The notes under the pieces: generated by a model
Seen by the model: the letters and a program-made list of their open reading frames with translations, nothing else
Told to the model about the DNA's origin: nothing
Databases searched by the model: none
Shown: one piece after another, positions 12,280 to 26,088 of the stretch
Layout: each line of letters begins with the position of its first letter
Numbering within the stretch: position 1 is the stretch's first letter
Source of the DNA: Ginglymostoma cirratum
Lineage: Eukaryota
Assembly: GCA_024137785.1 (NCBI GenBank)
Contig: JAHRHZ010000031.1
Coordinates: forward strand, 8,307,582 to 8,371,581
Direction: 5' to 3'
DNA: 64,000 nucleotides
Program-made: the position numbers and the translations under genes

Positions 12280-12960
12280 GGATAACATTCAAACTTGGGC
12301 TGATAAGTGGCAAGGAACATTCAGTGAATCACTGAATGAGGATTACTATTGACCAGAAACTGCACTGAGCCAACTACGTAAATCCTATGGTGACGAAAGC
12401 GGGTCACAGGCAAGGAATTGTGCAGTGAGTAACTCATCATATGTCTTCCAAAAGCCTAAGATAAACAAGTCAGGAATGGATATTCTCCACATGAGTGCAG
12501 TTCCTACAACACTTAAGAAACTTGACATAACATTGGATAAAACAAACTTCTTGATTCACATCCCATTCACCATGCTTATCACTCACTCCCTTCACTGCCA
12601 CTAATGCACAGTGGCAGCATTGTGGACCTCCATGAAGATGCACTGAACCAATTCACCAAGGTTTCTCCAAAAGCAGCTTCCAAATCCATGACCATGACCA
12701 TCCAGAAAGACAAGGGCAGCATATGCATGGCAACAGATGCAAGTTCCCCTCTGAGCCACACACCATCCTGACTTGACACAACTCCATCTTTTACAAATTT
12801 GGGTCAAAGTCCTGGAAATCCCTGCCTAATATCTTTGTGGGTGCAGCTACATCACAAGGACTGCAGCAGTTTAAGACTTCAGCTCACCATAGCCTTCTCC
12901 AGGGTAATTAAGAATGGGCAATAAATGCTGGACTTGTCAGAAATGTCCACATCTCTATAA
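12280..12960 (+). mobile_element. 3' portion of the LINE family at 1512-3566
   Basis: cttgggctgataagtggcaag (W-A-D-K-W-Q-like motif) through ggactgcagcagtttaag...gggcaataaatgctgg. This is the reverse complement of the 1512-2370 segment. Confidence 0.8.
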
Positions 12961-12992
12961 GGAATACTTTTAAAAAATGGAAGATCAGCCCT

Positions 12993-13445
12993 TTATCACG
13001 AAATGTGACCAGCAGTGTGCCACAAGGATTCGTACTGTGTCCATTGCTTTTCGTCTTTCGTGTAGATGATTTGGATGTGAACATAGGAGATATGGTTCGT
13101 AAGTTTGCAGATGACACCAAAATTGGAGGTGTAGTGGGCAGTGAAGAAAGTCAACTCAGAGTAAAATGGGACCTTGATCGGATGAGCCAATGGGCCGAGA
13201 GTGGCAGATGGAGTTTAATGTAGATAAATATGAAACGCTGCAGTTTGGAAAGGCAAATCAGGGCAGGACTTTTACACTTAATGGTAAGGTCCTGGGGAGT
13301 GTTGCAGAACAATGAGATCTTGGAGTGCAGGCTCATAGTTCCTTGAAAGTGGAGACACAGGAAGATAAGACCGTGAAGAAGGCATTTAGTATGCTTGCTT
13401 TTATTGGTCAATGCATTGAGTGTAGGAATTGGGAGGTCATCTTGC
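12993..13445 (+). mobile_element. CR1 (HER1-like) RT fragment
   Basis: ORF 13005: TSSVPQGFVLCPLLF...DDLD...KFADDTKIGG, the RT catalytic motif. Confidence 0.9.
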
Positions 13446-13449
13446 AACC

Positions 13450-14310
13450 TAAATCAAAATTTTACTTTCCATCCAATTAAATCACCCCACTCTTGCCACA
13501 CATTTCCATTCTTACAAGCTCCATAACATTTCTCCCTACTGGACAGAATGTTCTGCTCCTGGAGCTGGTGAGCTTGGAGGTCAGAAGGGCATTTAATTTG
13601 AAAGTTGGGTGGTAGGCATAAACCGCATTGTCTTCCACCTTCATGAGTGTTAGTTTCCTTCTGGAAGGTCCATGGTCTACCCATCTGCTCCGTTACCAGT
13701 TGAGGCCCATTTGCGGCCAATTAAGGGCCACCCATGAGCCTAGGGCCACTGCCACTGGGATAAACCCAGCCAAAAGCAAGTCTGTCACCATATGGTGTGC
13801 ACCATAGATCAACCTGTCTGGCAGTTAGCCAGCCTGGGGGGAGCCAGACTTAAACGCCTGACGAAGGCTCCTGACATAGGGCAGGGTGAAGGGAATGCCC
13901 CCTGCAACTACCTCCCTGCTTCTGGTCCACTATCCCCACTTCCCATGACCCCAAATCTGAGAAACGCACCAGCTGCAACCCAGCCAAATCACTAATCCTG
14001 ACTTTGGGTTCCCTATGATCTTGGGACTCCCACAGCACTCCTAAGGCAGCAGCTACCATCCTGTCTGTGGTGGACGCTGAACAATGGTCTCCAACAACTT
14101 CTGATTGCTTGGGCACTCTCACTGGGAAAGACCTTTGGCTTTGGCTCTCGATTACATGTGAAGGTCCACTCATGACCTCGCCAATGACGGACCATGATGT
14201 GGTTTGGTGGAGTGTCCCAGAAAAGAGAGTGAATGTTGCTCAGTGGGTCTCTAGCCAGCAGCCGAGAATCCCTGTCACCACAAGAGTTCATCCATTATTT
14301 CGGTCAGGAA
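13450..14310. mobile_element. Probable non-autonomous DNA transposon (Harbinger-type)
   Basis: GC-richer non-coding block with a quasi-palindromic ggcccatttgcggccaattaagggcc core, typical of shark Harbinger derivatives as I recall them. Termini are not resolved. Confidence 0.35.
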
Positions 14311-17300
14311 TGGAAGATAGTCACATACAATTACTGCTGCTCTTGTTATAATTATAAAAATATTTTACTCGTGCGTTTTCTCACTAAGCTGGCATCAATG
14401 GTCTGTATCAACAATCTTTTGGAGCTCTCATGGGCTCCATTGGAATGCAGTAGCGTACATTTTCAACATATTCATCATTAAAATACGTAGACTTCATTCT
14501 CCAGCTGTTACCTTCGGCACAGCCGAAGCTATAAATGTCATTTTGAATTTTAAAGAAATGTTATGCTCTGTTGAGATAAACCACAAAAGTGTCTGACATC
14601 ATCATATCATATAATTACATTAATAGCTTCTGGCAACATGCCTCATAGGTCTATCACCCTATTGTGGCAATTATAAAATCTATGCAAAAGACCAGCGTGC
14701 ATCTTGATGGAGTGCTTGTCCCTAATTGGCTTTGTTGTCAGTCAAATTGTTCATATATTGCAAAATAATTTGGAACAGAGTTATTTCTTGCTGGGAGAGG
14801 AGAAAGGGGCTCGGCACATTTTGTTCTGCCAACCTGAAAATAACCTTAGTTTACAGAACAATGACTGTGAACATCAATAATCTGCAATTATGACTTAGGT
14901 GCACTTCTATATCTCAGATCAAAGAAAAAGCACCACTCCTTCAGAAGAGCATCAGAAAACATTTAAGACTTCTACGTATGACAAACAAAAGCTTTTTTTT
15001 TATCAAATTGCTCCATGACTGTGTGCATTGCAAAAAAAGCAACATTTTTTTAAAAGTCCTCTAATAGAATATCAGTTATTTTCAATGTTGCGTGCTGTCT
15101 TCCTGACTATAATTATTTCAGTCATCAAGCAGCAGGTTGACCTCTCATCACCTGCAGAGCAATGCTAGTTTTTGATCACACTTGTTTGCACAGGTATCAG
15201 TCAAACACATAAAGCTGACATTCCAAACCATTAATCAGTGTCCCAATGGGTGGGTTAAACTAAAGTTCTCTCCCTACAGTTAATTGCAGTGACATCTTAG
15301 CTTCTGGTTAATTTAGCAATTGCTACTCTAAATTATCTATTACTTAATATGTTTATTAACATCCAGGAGGGAATTCAATTGAAACTTGAAGGAGAAAAAC
15401 TGCAGGAAGGTGGCGAAATAGAGCAGGGCAGTGAGTCTAATAAGATTACCCTTCAAAATAGGTGACACAGACCCAATTGGCCAAATGACCTCATTTTGTG
15501 AGATTCAGATTGCAAGGACAAATTCAGAATATTTCAAACAGCATTTCAGTCAAAACGTACGAATATAAAACATGAGTGCATGATCAAGCTCTAAATGTTT
15601 TACAGAAGAGCAAAATTGCTTTTCTGATTGTTAAAACATGCCTGATATGATCAATTTGCTTAAATTCATAGAGGAATGAAACAGTATTGTTCTTTGCTGC
15701 AACATGAAATCATTTCATAAAATAGATGCTCATTGAAGATCTGGCTAACAGGCACTGACACAACATTGATACAGCTACCTTCAGAGTCCTACATTTAGTA
15801 ATGGTCCTAAAACTTTCTATATTGATTACTCCAGTGATGCCTTACACTTTGAATCTATTTTTTCTGCCTCATTTTGGCATAATCTCAACACATCTAGCCT
15901 ACAGCCAGGAGTGATGCTCTGTGACAACCTGCTTGAAGGAGCAATTTTTTCCATCTAGCTAACATTTGGGTTCTGTTGATATTAGGAGTAATTGTGAACA
16001 TTTCATAGTTTATCATGATGCGTATCATGGAGATGAGCATGTGAAATGAATGGCTGCACTATTCAAGCAGTGCGACCCCTGCAAATCATGTTTTGTTTAT
16101 TTTAGGAGAACGCATTAAAACAAAAAGTCACTGACTAGTGAAAATATTTGGCTTTGAAGCCAAGGTTTTTCAGAATAAATAAAATATTTGCTGACGCTTG
16201 CCGATACCTAATTTTTTCAGTAAGTAGGAATGGTACCTCATTAAAGATTCACTAAGCATGATAATACAATCATTGAAGACACTCACAGCGTTGAAGCAAT
16301 GTGTACATAAAAATGACCTGCTATGTTTACAGAAGGTGTGTTACAAATCACAAGGATAATATGCCATTAATTAAATCACAATGCTTACAAATGTTTGTAA
16401 GAACTATCTGGCACAAGGTAACTCAACTGGCACTTATATTATTAGAAAAAGAAATCTGCATTAAGAAAATATAGGATTCTAATTGTACCACAATGCTCCA
16501 GAAGCTATTTTGTGCACTGATTTACCACACAGCACCAATTGTGCACACCACTTACTCAAGTGACTGTGTGCCAGCTTTGAGAAAAGGAATGAATATATAT
16601 ATCATGCGAATAACTGCAGTCTTATGTAAAATATCTTTTTAAGCAATGTTTAAACAGTGTGACATGTTAAGTTTGATGAACTAGATTCTGTCAGAGGTCC
16701 ACAGAATAAATATAGGATGAACTCCATTTTTTTGTTTTCAGAAGTAAGCGTGGTCCTGGTGAAAGAGAAACATAGGGTATGTGAATAGAGCCACAGAGAA
16801 AACGAAAAGTCATGATTATTTTGTGCAGTTTGATATCAAAGTATTTGATATTACCTGCTGACATTGATGTAAGGGGCACCAGTGAACTCTGTAGACCTAT
16901 ATTCTTGCTGAAGAGCAATTTTCCCTTGTTCATGCATAATGAAGAGTGATTTTAATTTTCACAAGTGGCTCCATTTATTCCCTTTGTAACTGTAATTGCT
17001 GATAGCTTTTATAAAATTACGCTGCAGCATTTAGTCATAACTTAAGAATTCTGATCTTAATTGAGAAGAAAAATAAAGGAACAGAAGGAGAACCAAAGGT
17101 AACATTCTGCAAAAGGACATTGTAAAGAAAGGGAAAAGGAGCAGCCACACCGATGCAGAATAACATTGAAAACAAATGCTTTCGCTGTTTAACTTTCTTC
17201 TCTTAAACACACATTTGAATTAAAACAGATGCATCTAAGAAAGACATTCAGTGGAGATTGCTGAACGGTTCTACTCTCTTTAAGTAACAAGGAAGACTGG

Positions 17301-17526
17301 TTATAAGTTCTAAGTGTTTGCTGAGGTATGGATTGAACCTTGTATTCCAAAATTTCCCCTTGTGACTTTCAGTTTGCTATAAAATTGAACCAGATGTTCA
17401 ATTTAAACAGATTGCTAATGGTTTCCAATGCCAGCTAAGATTTCAAACAGCAGTTACTTGTCCATTAAGATTTACAAAACATTTTCTTCATTGAATTTAA
17501 TGTCAATTAAAACCTGTATACAATTC

Positions 17527-17817
17527 AGAATCATACAAATCCTACAGTGTGGAAGCAGACAATTCAGCCTATTGAGTCCACACTGACCCTCCAATCCTAA
17601 CCCACCCCATAAGCCTACAGGCAACTTAGCACGGTCAATCCACCTAACCTGTGCATTTTTGCACCATGGGAGGAAACCAGAGTACCTTGAGGAATCCCAC
17701 ACTGACACAGGGAGAATGTGCAAACTCCACAGAGACAGTCACCCAAGGGTGGAATTGAACCTAGGTCTCCGGCATCGTGAGGCAACTGTGCTCATCACTG
17801 AGCCACCATACTGCTCC
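17527..17817 (-). mobile_element. HE1-type V-SINE
   Basis: Reverse complement of the 7221 element (gggagaatgtgcaaactccac...ggaattgaacc...cactgagccacc). Confidence 0.9.
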
Positions 17818-18019
17818 AAAGAAGTGATGGTTCTCGGTGGCAGTTATTTAGTGGAATAGAAACCGTGAAGTGAAAATTGGTTGAGCTCATACCTCCATTA
17901 GTGTCACCAAATGGCAACAGAATAAACACTATGCCATGCTGTGAGTCAACAAATTGCCATTTTGACATAGGATGAGGTTTCACAGAAGAAATTGCTGTTA
18001 GGCTCAAGTTTTGTTTTAT

Positions 18020-18270
18020 TAATTCAGAGGGTGTAGATGTGGCTGGCTGGGACAGCATTTGTCGTCCATCCCTAGTTGCCTTGAGAAGATGGTAGTGAGC
18101 TGCCTTCTTGAACTGCTGCAGTCCATTTGGTGTAGGTACACCCATAATACTGTTAGGGAGGGAATTCCACAATCTTGAACAAACAACACTGAAGTAATGG
18201 CAATATATTCCCAAGTCAGGGTGGTGAGAAACTTGGAGGAGAACTTGTAGGTGGCAATGTTCCAAGACAT
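18020..18270 (-). mobile_element. 3' end of the LINE family at 1512-3566
   Basis: WNSLPNSIMGVPTPNGLQQFKKAAHYHLLK in ORF 17795-18337. Matches 1540-1750. Confidence 0.85.
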
Positions 18271-18877
18271 ACTTTGATGCACAATTGGTCATACATCTGT
18301 TTAAGAACCTTCTCCAGGGTTTAGATTGTCTTAACATCGCCTAGATTGGTCATCTGATTTGAGGAAACCTATATCTCCATGTGGACGGAAAAGAACCTAC
18401 AAACAGACCACTGGAAGCCACGTCCGGTGCCAGCATCCAAGTAGAGGCAAAACAAGGTGAATGGTCTTCAATGATTGAAAACAACTGCAAAAGGTACGAC
18501 TGACCCTGATTGACTTCCTCCTGATTATAGCTCCCTAAATATCTTGTCCTCGAGGACATTGATGAACATGTAAGGTGCTCTTTAAGCTAGGCTGGTGCCT
18601 GCAGCTTGCTAGCAATACCTTGACTACTCATGAACACCAATTTTGAGTGAGCTTCAAAGCTCTGGCCATTTTCAAGCCTGAAGGTATTCACTTCCTTATG
18701 CCCTCCTATCATACTCAAAAGTGAAATGATTGTCAGCAGTGTCAAGACATTTATAATGGGCGAGAGTTTATATCTCGAAAATATTCAAAATTTAACACCA
18801 ATTAGTACTCAACTCACATTGCGGTTTACCAAACTCGGAATGTCTTCACAGTTCCAGAAGGGGCATAGTTTCCGTCA

Positions 18878-19960
18878 GACCATAAAGCCATGAGATAGAG
18901 GAGCAAAATTAAGCCATTCAACCCATGATATGTTTCTCAACACCATTCTCCTGCCTTTACTCCATAACCCTTGATCCCCTATTAATAAAGGACCTCTCTA
19001 TCTCTGCCTTCAACATGCTCAATAACTTGGCCTCCACAGCACTCTGTGACAATAAGTTCCACAGATTAACCATCCTCTGGGAGAAGAAATTCCTCCTCAT
19101 CTCACTTCTGAAAGGTTGTCCCTTCACTCCAAGGCTGTGCTTTCGGGTCCTAGACTCTCCTGCTGTTGGAAACACCTTCTCCACACCCACTCTATCTACA
19201 CATTTCTGTAAGTTTCAATGAGATTCCCCCGTCATCCTTCTAAACTCGATCAAGTACAGATACAGAGTCTTCAACGCTCCTCACATGATAAGGACTTCAT
19301 CTCCGGGATCATTTTTATAAACCGCCTGTGGACCTCCTTCAACACCAGCACATCCTTCCTTACATACTGGGCCAAAACTACTCACAATATTCCAAATGCT
19401 GTCTGACGAAAGCCTAATACAGCCTCAGGAGTACAAGTCTGTTCTTGTATTCTAGTCCTCTTGAAAGGAATGCTAGAATTGCATTTACCTTCCTGACTGT
19501 CAACTGAACCTGCATGTTAATCTTAAGAGAATTCTGAACTAGGGCTCCCAAGTCCCTTTCTGCTTCAGGTTTCCGAAGCCTTTCCACATTTAGAAAATAG
19601 TTTACATCTCTATTCTTCTCACAAAGTGCTTAACGTCACATTTTATTCCATTTGCCACTTCTTCGCCCACTCTCCCAGCAGCGTCATTGCTTCCTCAACA
19701 CTATCTCTCTGCCTATCTTTCTGTCATCTGCAAATTGAGCATCTGCAAATGCCCTCAGTTCTTTTGTCTAGATTGTTATGTATAACATGAATAGGTGTGG
19801 TCCCAACACTGATCCCTGGAGAAGTCTACTAGTCACTGGCTCCCATCCTGAAAAAGGCCCCTTTATTCTTACACTCTACCTTCCACCAAGACAGCCAATC
19901 TTCTATCCATCATATCCATGTACCTTGCCCCTAACACCATAGGCTCTTATCTTGTTTAGT
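18878..19960 (-). mobile_element. CR1 LINE 3' fragment
   Basis: ORF 18957-19190 SRTRKHSLGVKG...RRNFFSQRMVNLWNLL. RT motif remnant tgtcatctgcaaa (FADD) near 19722. Confidence 0.9.
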
Positions 19961-20175
19961 TTCCTTATTAGGAAATGGCATGCTGTTAAAGTGGCTTTCT
20001 TCTTCATTCAATAAATACAAGATCTGATCTGGTAATGTTTGCATTAGACACTGATGAGAAAAAGGAAAGAATTATATCTCATAGCGTTCATCTTCTGATT
20101 TTAACTGAAGAGTCAATGCACCAACTACCACATTTTTTCTAAGGTATTGCACGAATCAGTTCAGACTTTGCAAAA

Positions 20176-20315
20176 ACCAAAAGAACTATGGATGCTGTAA
20201 ATCAGAAACAAGAACTAAAGTTGCTGGAAAAGCTCAGCAGGTCTAGCAGCATCTGTGATGAGAAGTCAGAGTTAATGTATCAGGTCTGGTTATCCTTCCT
20301 CAGTTCTGTTTTTGC
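20176..20315 (-). mobile_element. Penelope-like terminal insertion (family B) with a 12-nt inverted stub
   Basis: Reverse complement of 50080-50170. TSD tcagactttgcaaaa (20161-20175) and ttagattttgcaaaa (20316-20330). The stub ttctgtttttgc (20304-20315) is inverted to the arm start. Confidence 0.8.
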
Positions 20316-20392
20316 TTAGATTTTGCAAAACATTGTCTTACACTTGGTTTTGTGAGGAAATGGTTTCATGGCTCTGGTACATATGCAGACAG

Positions 20393-21368
20393 CAAAGAAC
20401 AAAGAACAAAGAAAATTACGGCACAGGAACAGGCCCTTCGGCCCTCCAAGCCTGCGCCGATCCAGATCCTCTATCTAAACCTGTCGCCTATTCTTCAAGG
20501 ATCTGTATCCCTCTGCTCCCTGCCCATTCATGTATCTGTCTAGATACATCTTAAATGATGCTATCGTGCCCGCCTCTACCACCTCCACTGGCAACATGTT
20601 CCAGGCACCCACCACCCTCTGCGTAAAGAACTTTCCACGCATATCTCCCTTAAACTTTTCCCCTCTCACCTTGAAATCGTGACCCCTAGTAATTGTGTCC
20701 CCGACTCTGGGAAAAAAGCTTCTTGCTATCCACCCTGTCTATACCTCTCATGATTTTGTAGACCTCAATCAGGTCCCCCCCTCAACCTCTGTCTTTCTAA
20801 TGTAAATAATCCTAATCTACTCAACCTCTCTTCATAGCTAGCGCCCTCCATACCAGGCAACATCCTGGTAAACCTCCTCTGCACCCTTTCTAAAGCATCC
20901 AAATCCTTTTGGTAATTTGGCGACCAGAACTGTACACAGTATTCTAAATGTGGTCAAACCAAAGTCCTATACAACTGTAACATGACCTGCCAACTCTTGT
21001 CCTCAATACCCCATCCGATGAAGGAAAGCATGCCGTATGCCTTCTTGACCACTCTATCGACCTGCGTTGCCACCTTCAGGGTACAATGGACCTGAACACC
21101 CAGATCTCTCTTGTGCATCAATTTTCCCCAGGGCTTTTCCATTTACCGTATAGTTCGCTCTTGAATTGGATCTTCCAAAATGCATCGCCTCGCATTTGCC
21201 TGGATTGAACTCCATCTGCCATTTCTCCGCCCAACTCTCCAATCTATCTATATTCTGCTGCATTCTCCGACAGTCCCCTTCACTATCTGCTACTCCACCA
21301 ATCTTAGTGTCATCTGCAAACTTGCTAATCAGATCATCTATACCTTCCTCCAGATCATTTATGTATAT
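20393..21368 (-). mobile_element. Comparatively young 5'-truncated CR1 (HER1-like) LINE
   Basis: FADDTKI (21300-21320), WAEKWQMEFNPGKCE, RDLGVQVH, LYRTLV and FFTQRVVGAWNMLP motifs. (GTTCTTT)n 3' tail at 20394-20413. Confidence 0.95.
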
Positions 21369-21401
21369 GCCAGCAGAATGGAGAACAACAGCAAGACTGT
21401 C

Positions 21402-22756
21402 TGTTGTTAGCAGTGCTTCTATGGTGATGAGGGCATTAATTTAAGCGTACAGAGGTGCACATTTGTGAGAATGACGGCATGAAAGCCCAAGCACGAGGCC
21501 ATGGTACAAAACAAAAACAAGTCAGTGTGGCCAGATGAGTTGGGAGCTGAGAAGGTTTCAGCTAAGATGCTGTCATAGAATGCCTACAGAGTAGGAAGTA
21601 TTTGGCCCAGTGAGTGCAGACTGACCCACCAAAATGCATCCCACGCAGATCCACCCTTCTACCCTCTGCCCGAATCCTGCATTTCTCATGGCTAATCCAC
21701 CTATCTTGAGCATCCCTATAGTATGGCCAGTCTACCTAACCTGCACATCTTTGGGTGCTTATCTTTAGATCCAAATGTAGCTCGGGCTGAGTCATGCCCA
21801 AATGGAGCTGAAGAGGTGGAAGGCAGCTGCCAGCTTCATGCCATTGACAGCTCCATACTGTTTGAAAATTGGTGTCTATTGAAGCTGTTGTTAGCAGCTC
21901 AGCTGGGAGTTTGGGCACAAAATGCCCATGGGACTTAGTGACAGCTCAGTGGAGCTGTCCTGGTTGTCTATTCCATGGAGCTGGAGAAGGAATCTCTCAG
22001 TAAACTTGAGTGAAGCTGTCTACTCAGTGTCACTAGAAAGCTGCGTTCATGCTGGTGTTTTGATGCTAAAGGGTAACCTTATAAAGCCAGTAAAAGACAA
22101 TCTCAGGCGAAGGAATTGAGTAGCTGGGAGGACAGTAATTGTTGGCAGCAACGTGATGGAGGATCTGGGATTACACCCATGTTTAGATGCTGGAGAGTAG
22201 CTTGGGCAACACAGTGGGGTGCACCTAAAAACTAGATGAGGTCTACTGGAAACAAAAAACCAAGGAGGTGGAATCTTGCAGAAGATCAAAACAAGATTTG
22301 GAATGGTGTGCTTTTTGGTGAGAATTTTTGTGTACCTGTGGTACATAGGTGGAGTAGAGGCATTGTAGTCCAGGCAGCCGTCTAGCTCATTAAAGGACAG
22401 AAGCTGAACTCCCTGTTGAGGAAAACAGAATTATAATTTTGAGATTCACAATGATCACAGATATCTGACTGGATTGTTGAGAAAACTCCTGGGATCTGTT
22501 TCAGCTGTGTCTGTGACATGGTGTGAACTTTGTGGTTTGTGCTCAGCTGCAGTTTGCTTGTTAATTCACATTTACCACAAGTCAATTCTGGATGTTCAAG
22601 TATAAGATAGGAGTCTTTTTGGTTTATTAACTCATATTTCATAAAACTTATTTCTGTGATTTTATTTCTTTCACTTTTCTTCTGCTTTAGAACAAAGGAT
22701 CTAATTCGATACCTGTAACCTAACACATTTTGGGGTTCTTGTTTGTGATCATAACA
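21402..22756 (+). mobile_element. Possible LTR-like element interrupted by a SINE
   Basis: Starts TGTT and ends gtgatcataACA, the same terminus type as 11104. Non-coding. 5' boundary uncertain. Confidence 0.3.
21573..21754 (-). mobile_element. HE1 V-SINE 3' half
   Basis: catagaatgcctacag...ggctaatccacct...cctaacctgcacatctttgg. Confidence 0.8.
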
Positions 22757-23344
22757 ATTTAAATGGTATTAAGAATAATTAAGGATAATTAAATATGACT
22801 TTGTAATAAGTTGGTTGTCACCCTAAGAAAGCAAATCGTTCCAGCAATAATGTCATCGGATGTTGAAATCAATGAATTTAGTTCCTGCACATAATTGCAT
22901 AAGAAACCTTACAATGTAGCAAAATTCACAGGAGAGCACAGCAGTTTTTTCAGTTGCTAGTTCATTGCACAAATTCTATTGCTGTGGTTTCCTAGATTCT
23001 CACTAGATTTTCTGCAAATGCAATTTATATATCAAAAAAAATCTCTGGCTCAGTATGATAGCACTATTTCTGAATTGCTATCATTCACTTCTAAAACTGA
23101 AAACCCAGTGTGGAAAATTAATTGCCCCATCTCCAATAGTAATCTTCTCAGTTGTCCAGTGCAACACTGCATTGGATGAAAGTTAATGACAGTGAAATCG
23201 GCCTTGGTTCACCGTGCAAAGTAGGCAATAGTGACTATTCACTTATTTTTAAACCCTGTTGAAACTGGCCAGCATTCACCGGTAATCATCATTGTCAACA
23301 ACACTTTATTATGTTAAAGGCCATAAAAATATAAACGGCCCCAA

Positions 23345-24040
23345 AGTCCTCCACACGTATACTATAAAATAAAATTTGACACTGTAAATACAAAAGGAGA
23401 CACTACAACGTTTGATGAAAAGTTTGCTCAAACACATCAACTTTAAGGAATGTCCTAAAGCAAGAAAGTGGGATAGAGTGTTTTGAAGGCCTTAGGGAGG
23501 AAATGCAGGAGGTTGATTCGTGCACTGTCTGCTGACACGTGAAACTTCACACTTTGCTTCCAAATGATGTTGCTGAGAGGCAGCAGGTAGATGAGATATA
23601 GGAAGTGGCTAGGTATAGATCTTTAAGCACACCAAAGGTAATGATTTGTGACTGCGTGCAGTCCTGCTCAGCTTAATGACAGTGAAGGAGAGGTGGTGGA
23701 GATGAATGGTGTGATCAAAAGCTGCAGGCAGGTCAAAAAGGAAAGCTTACCTTCACCGTAAGTTCAGAGAGGACGTGGGAGGAGTTGAAAAAGAACTAGA
23801 GTAAGGTCTGAGCTTAGACTTAGGGCAGAGGGAATCAATAGAGGAAGTCTGGTCAGGTGGGCTAGTGGAAGGGCTGCCCCCAGAGGAGACAATTTGATCA
23901 GAATGTTGCAATTTTATGGATAAAGATGGCCATGAGTATCTTGTCATTATTATTGGAGCTGAGGGTGGAGTGGACAGAAGACAGGGTTTTAAGCAGACTG
24001 TTTTGGTGAAAAGAAGGTTGGGATTACCTTTGCATTCCAA
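23345..24040 (-). mobile_element. Old L2-type LINE remnants
   Basis: aaaatttgacactg...ctttaaggaatgtcctaaag...ttagggaggaaat is colinear with 28975-29200. Confidence 0.5.
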
Positions 24041-24046
24041 GTTCAT

Positions 24047-24632
24047 CATAGAACATCGAACATAGAACTGTACAGCACTGGAATGGGCCCTTCAGCCCAC
24101 GATGTTGTGTCGAACATGGAGCCAAATTAAATGAATCCCTTCTGCCTGCCCTTGGGGTCCATGTCCCTCCATTTCTTGCATATTCTTGTGCTTATCAAAA
24201 AGTTCCTTAAATGTCCCTATCATATCTGCCTCCATCACCAGCCCTGGCAGTGTGTTCCAGCCTCCTATCAATCTCTGTGTAAAAAACTAGTCCCTTATAT
24301 CTCCTTTGAACTTTTCCCCTGGCACCTTAAATGTATGACCCCTCATATTACACAATTCAACTCTGGGAAAAAGATTCTGACCATCAACCTTATCTATTGA
24401 TCTCATTATTTTATAGACTTCTATGAAGTCTCCCCTCAGCCTCCGCCACACCAGAGAAAACAGCTCGAGTTTTTCTAGCCTCTCCTTATAGCTCATACCC
24501 TCTAATCCAGGTAGCATTCTGGTAAATCTGTTCTGCGCCCTCTCCAAAACCACCACATCCTTCTTGTAATGGAGTAACTGGAATTGAACACAATACTCCA
24601 AGTGGGGCCTAACCAAAGTCTTATAAAGCTGC
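24047..24632 (-). mobile_element. CR1 LINE 3' fragment
   Basis: ORF 24287-24652 [16 protein letters not shown]...[15 protein letters not shown]...RRLRGDFIEVYKIM. (GTTCTAT)-like tail at 24047-24068. Confidence 0.95.
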
Positions 24633-25862
24633 TCACTGATGACAAAATGCATTTCTCACATTCCACCAATTTCTGTACAAGTTGCAGTTGAGTGTTAGAT
24701 GCCCAGAGGAAATTCCCAACATTGAACCAACTTAGACTAGCAAAGAGGGCTGGAAAAGGACCTGGTTACCTGATGTACTGGCGACTGCATTAAACCAGTG
24801 ATGTCAACAACTCCCAAGGCCTGCAGACTGATTTTTTTCCACTTCTGGGTCAGATCATTCAGAACAGGGGCATCTCATGTCAGGAGCTATATATCTACTT
24901 CAGTGAAAAAGCAATCTGTCCTGGTATTCACACTAATAACAGCCTACACTTGGCCACAAGCCTTTTGGATGCAACTGGAACACATTTGACTCATTTGCAT
25001 TTTGTTCCTCATGGGTTTGCAGTGGCGCTCACTAACGTTTTACAGTATCTTGTAAATAGTCAATGTGCTCACAGAATGCAATAAGGCACATTGAACAATC
25101 AGCACTGCAGAAGAATGCAAGGATAGGAATAGTCCGTAAAGTTGTCAACATATTTCAAAACTGAGATGTACTTGGGCAAAAACAAATTGGATCAAACTTA
25201 CTGCACTGGGCTACATAACTCTATTTTCCTTCTCTGTTGGCAGGAGTTGCCATATCAGGTACAGATTTGACTGATTACACTCTGATACGTTTTGCTTTTT
25301 AAATGAGGTAGTAAAACCAAGCAGGATATAGTTGAAACCTCAGCTAATTGCTCCTAGTCATCAGGAATTCTGAATAGGAGATATATTGTGAAATGTGTTT
25401 GTTAAACAATTTCTGCTCTAAGCTTCTCCCTGCAACAAAGTGGCCCAGGAATCATTATAATCACTTATTTATTTCCATTAAACAGCCATCAACAAATCTT
25501 CAAACTGGCATCACTTAGTAACATCCTCCAAATTCCATACGTGGAATGCTTGGTGCAGGGATAGCAGTGTATGGTACCTGGTTACAACATTCCAATTGTG
25601 GCCTGAAACCTTCAGGAACTGATGATTAGTTCCCAGGAGACTGCTACAAACAAATCTGGAGAACACTTGTTCGAAATAAAACAAGTGTTTATCACCCCTT
25701 CCTTTTATTTTCTAGGCCTTTGTTTGTTAACTATAAAAATATTGGAGAATTGAAAAAAAATGCTGTTGAATGACAGTAAATCATCATCCAAGACTTCTGC
25801 TTCTCATTTGGCTTGGGAAGATGGTGTAGAGTGAGAACATAATGACCAACTAATGGGAAAGA

Positions 25863-26088
25863 TGTCGATTTAGCTCAGTTGATTGAACAACTGGCTAATG
25901 ATTTAGAGGGACGCTGACAGTGTGTATTTAATTACCATGTCAGCTGAGGCTACTACAATGGATTATCTTTCTCAACCTCACCACTCACCTGAGGTGTGGT
26001 GAGCCACTGGTTAAACACACCAGTCATCACTTTCTGTTAAGAGAGCAGCCCTATCGACTGCTAAGACTATGGTGGCTTTACCTTTTAC
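25863..26088 (+). mobile_element. tRNA-derived SINE, same family as 5613-5836
   Basis: ttagctcagttg head, ttctcaacctc...cctgaggtgtggtga...gagagcagccctat body, ctttacctttt tail. Confidence 0.7.

Noticed and set aside
16742-16776. Possible 35-nt plus-strand exon (ttttcag|AAGTAAGCG...CATAGG|gtatgt); similar candidates at 25244-25258 and 42633-42679
   Set aside because: Such signal pairs occur by chance in 64 kb. The peptides are not recognised and no consistent exon chain links them.
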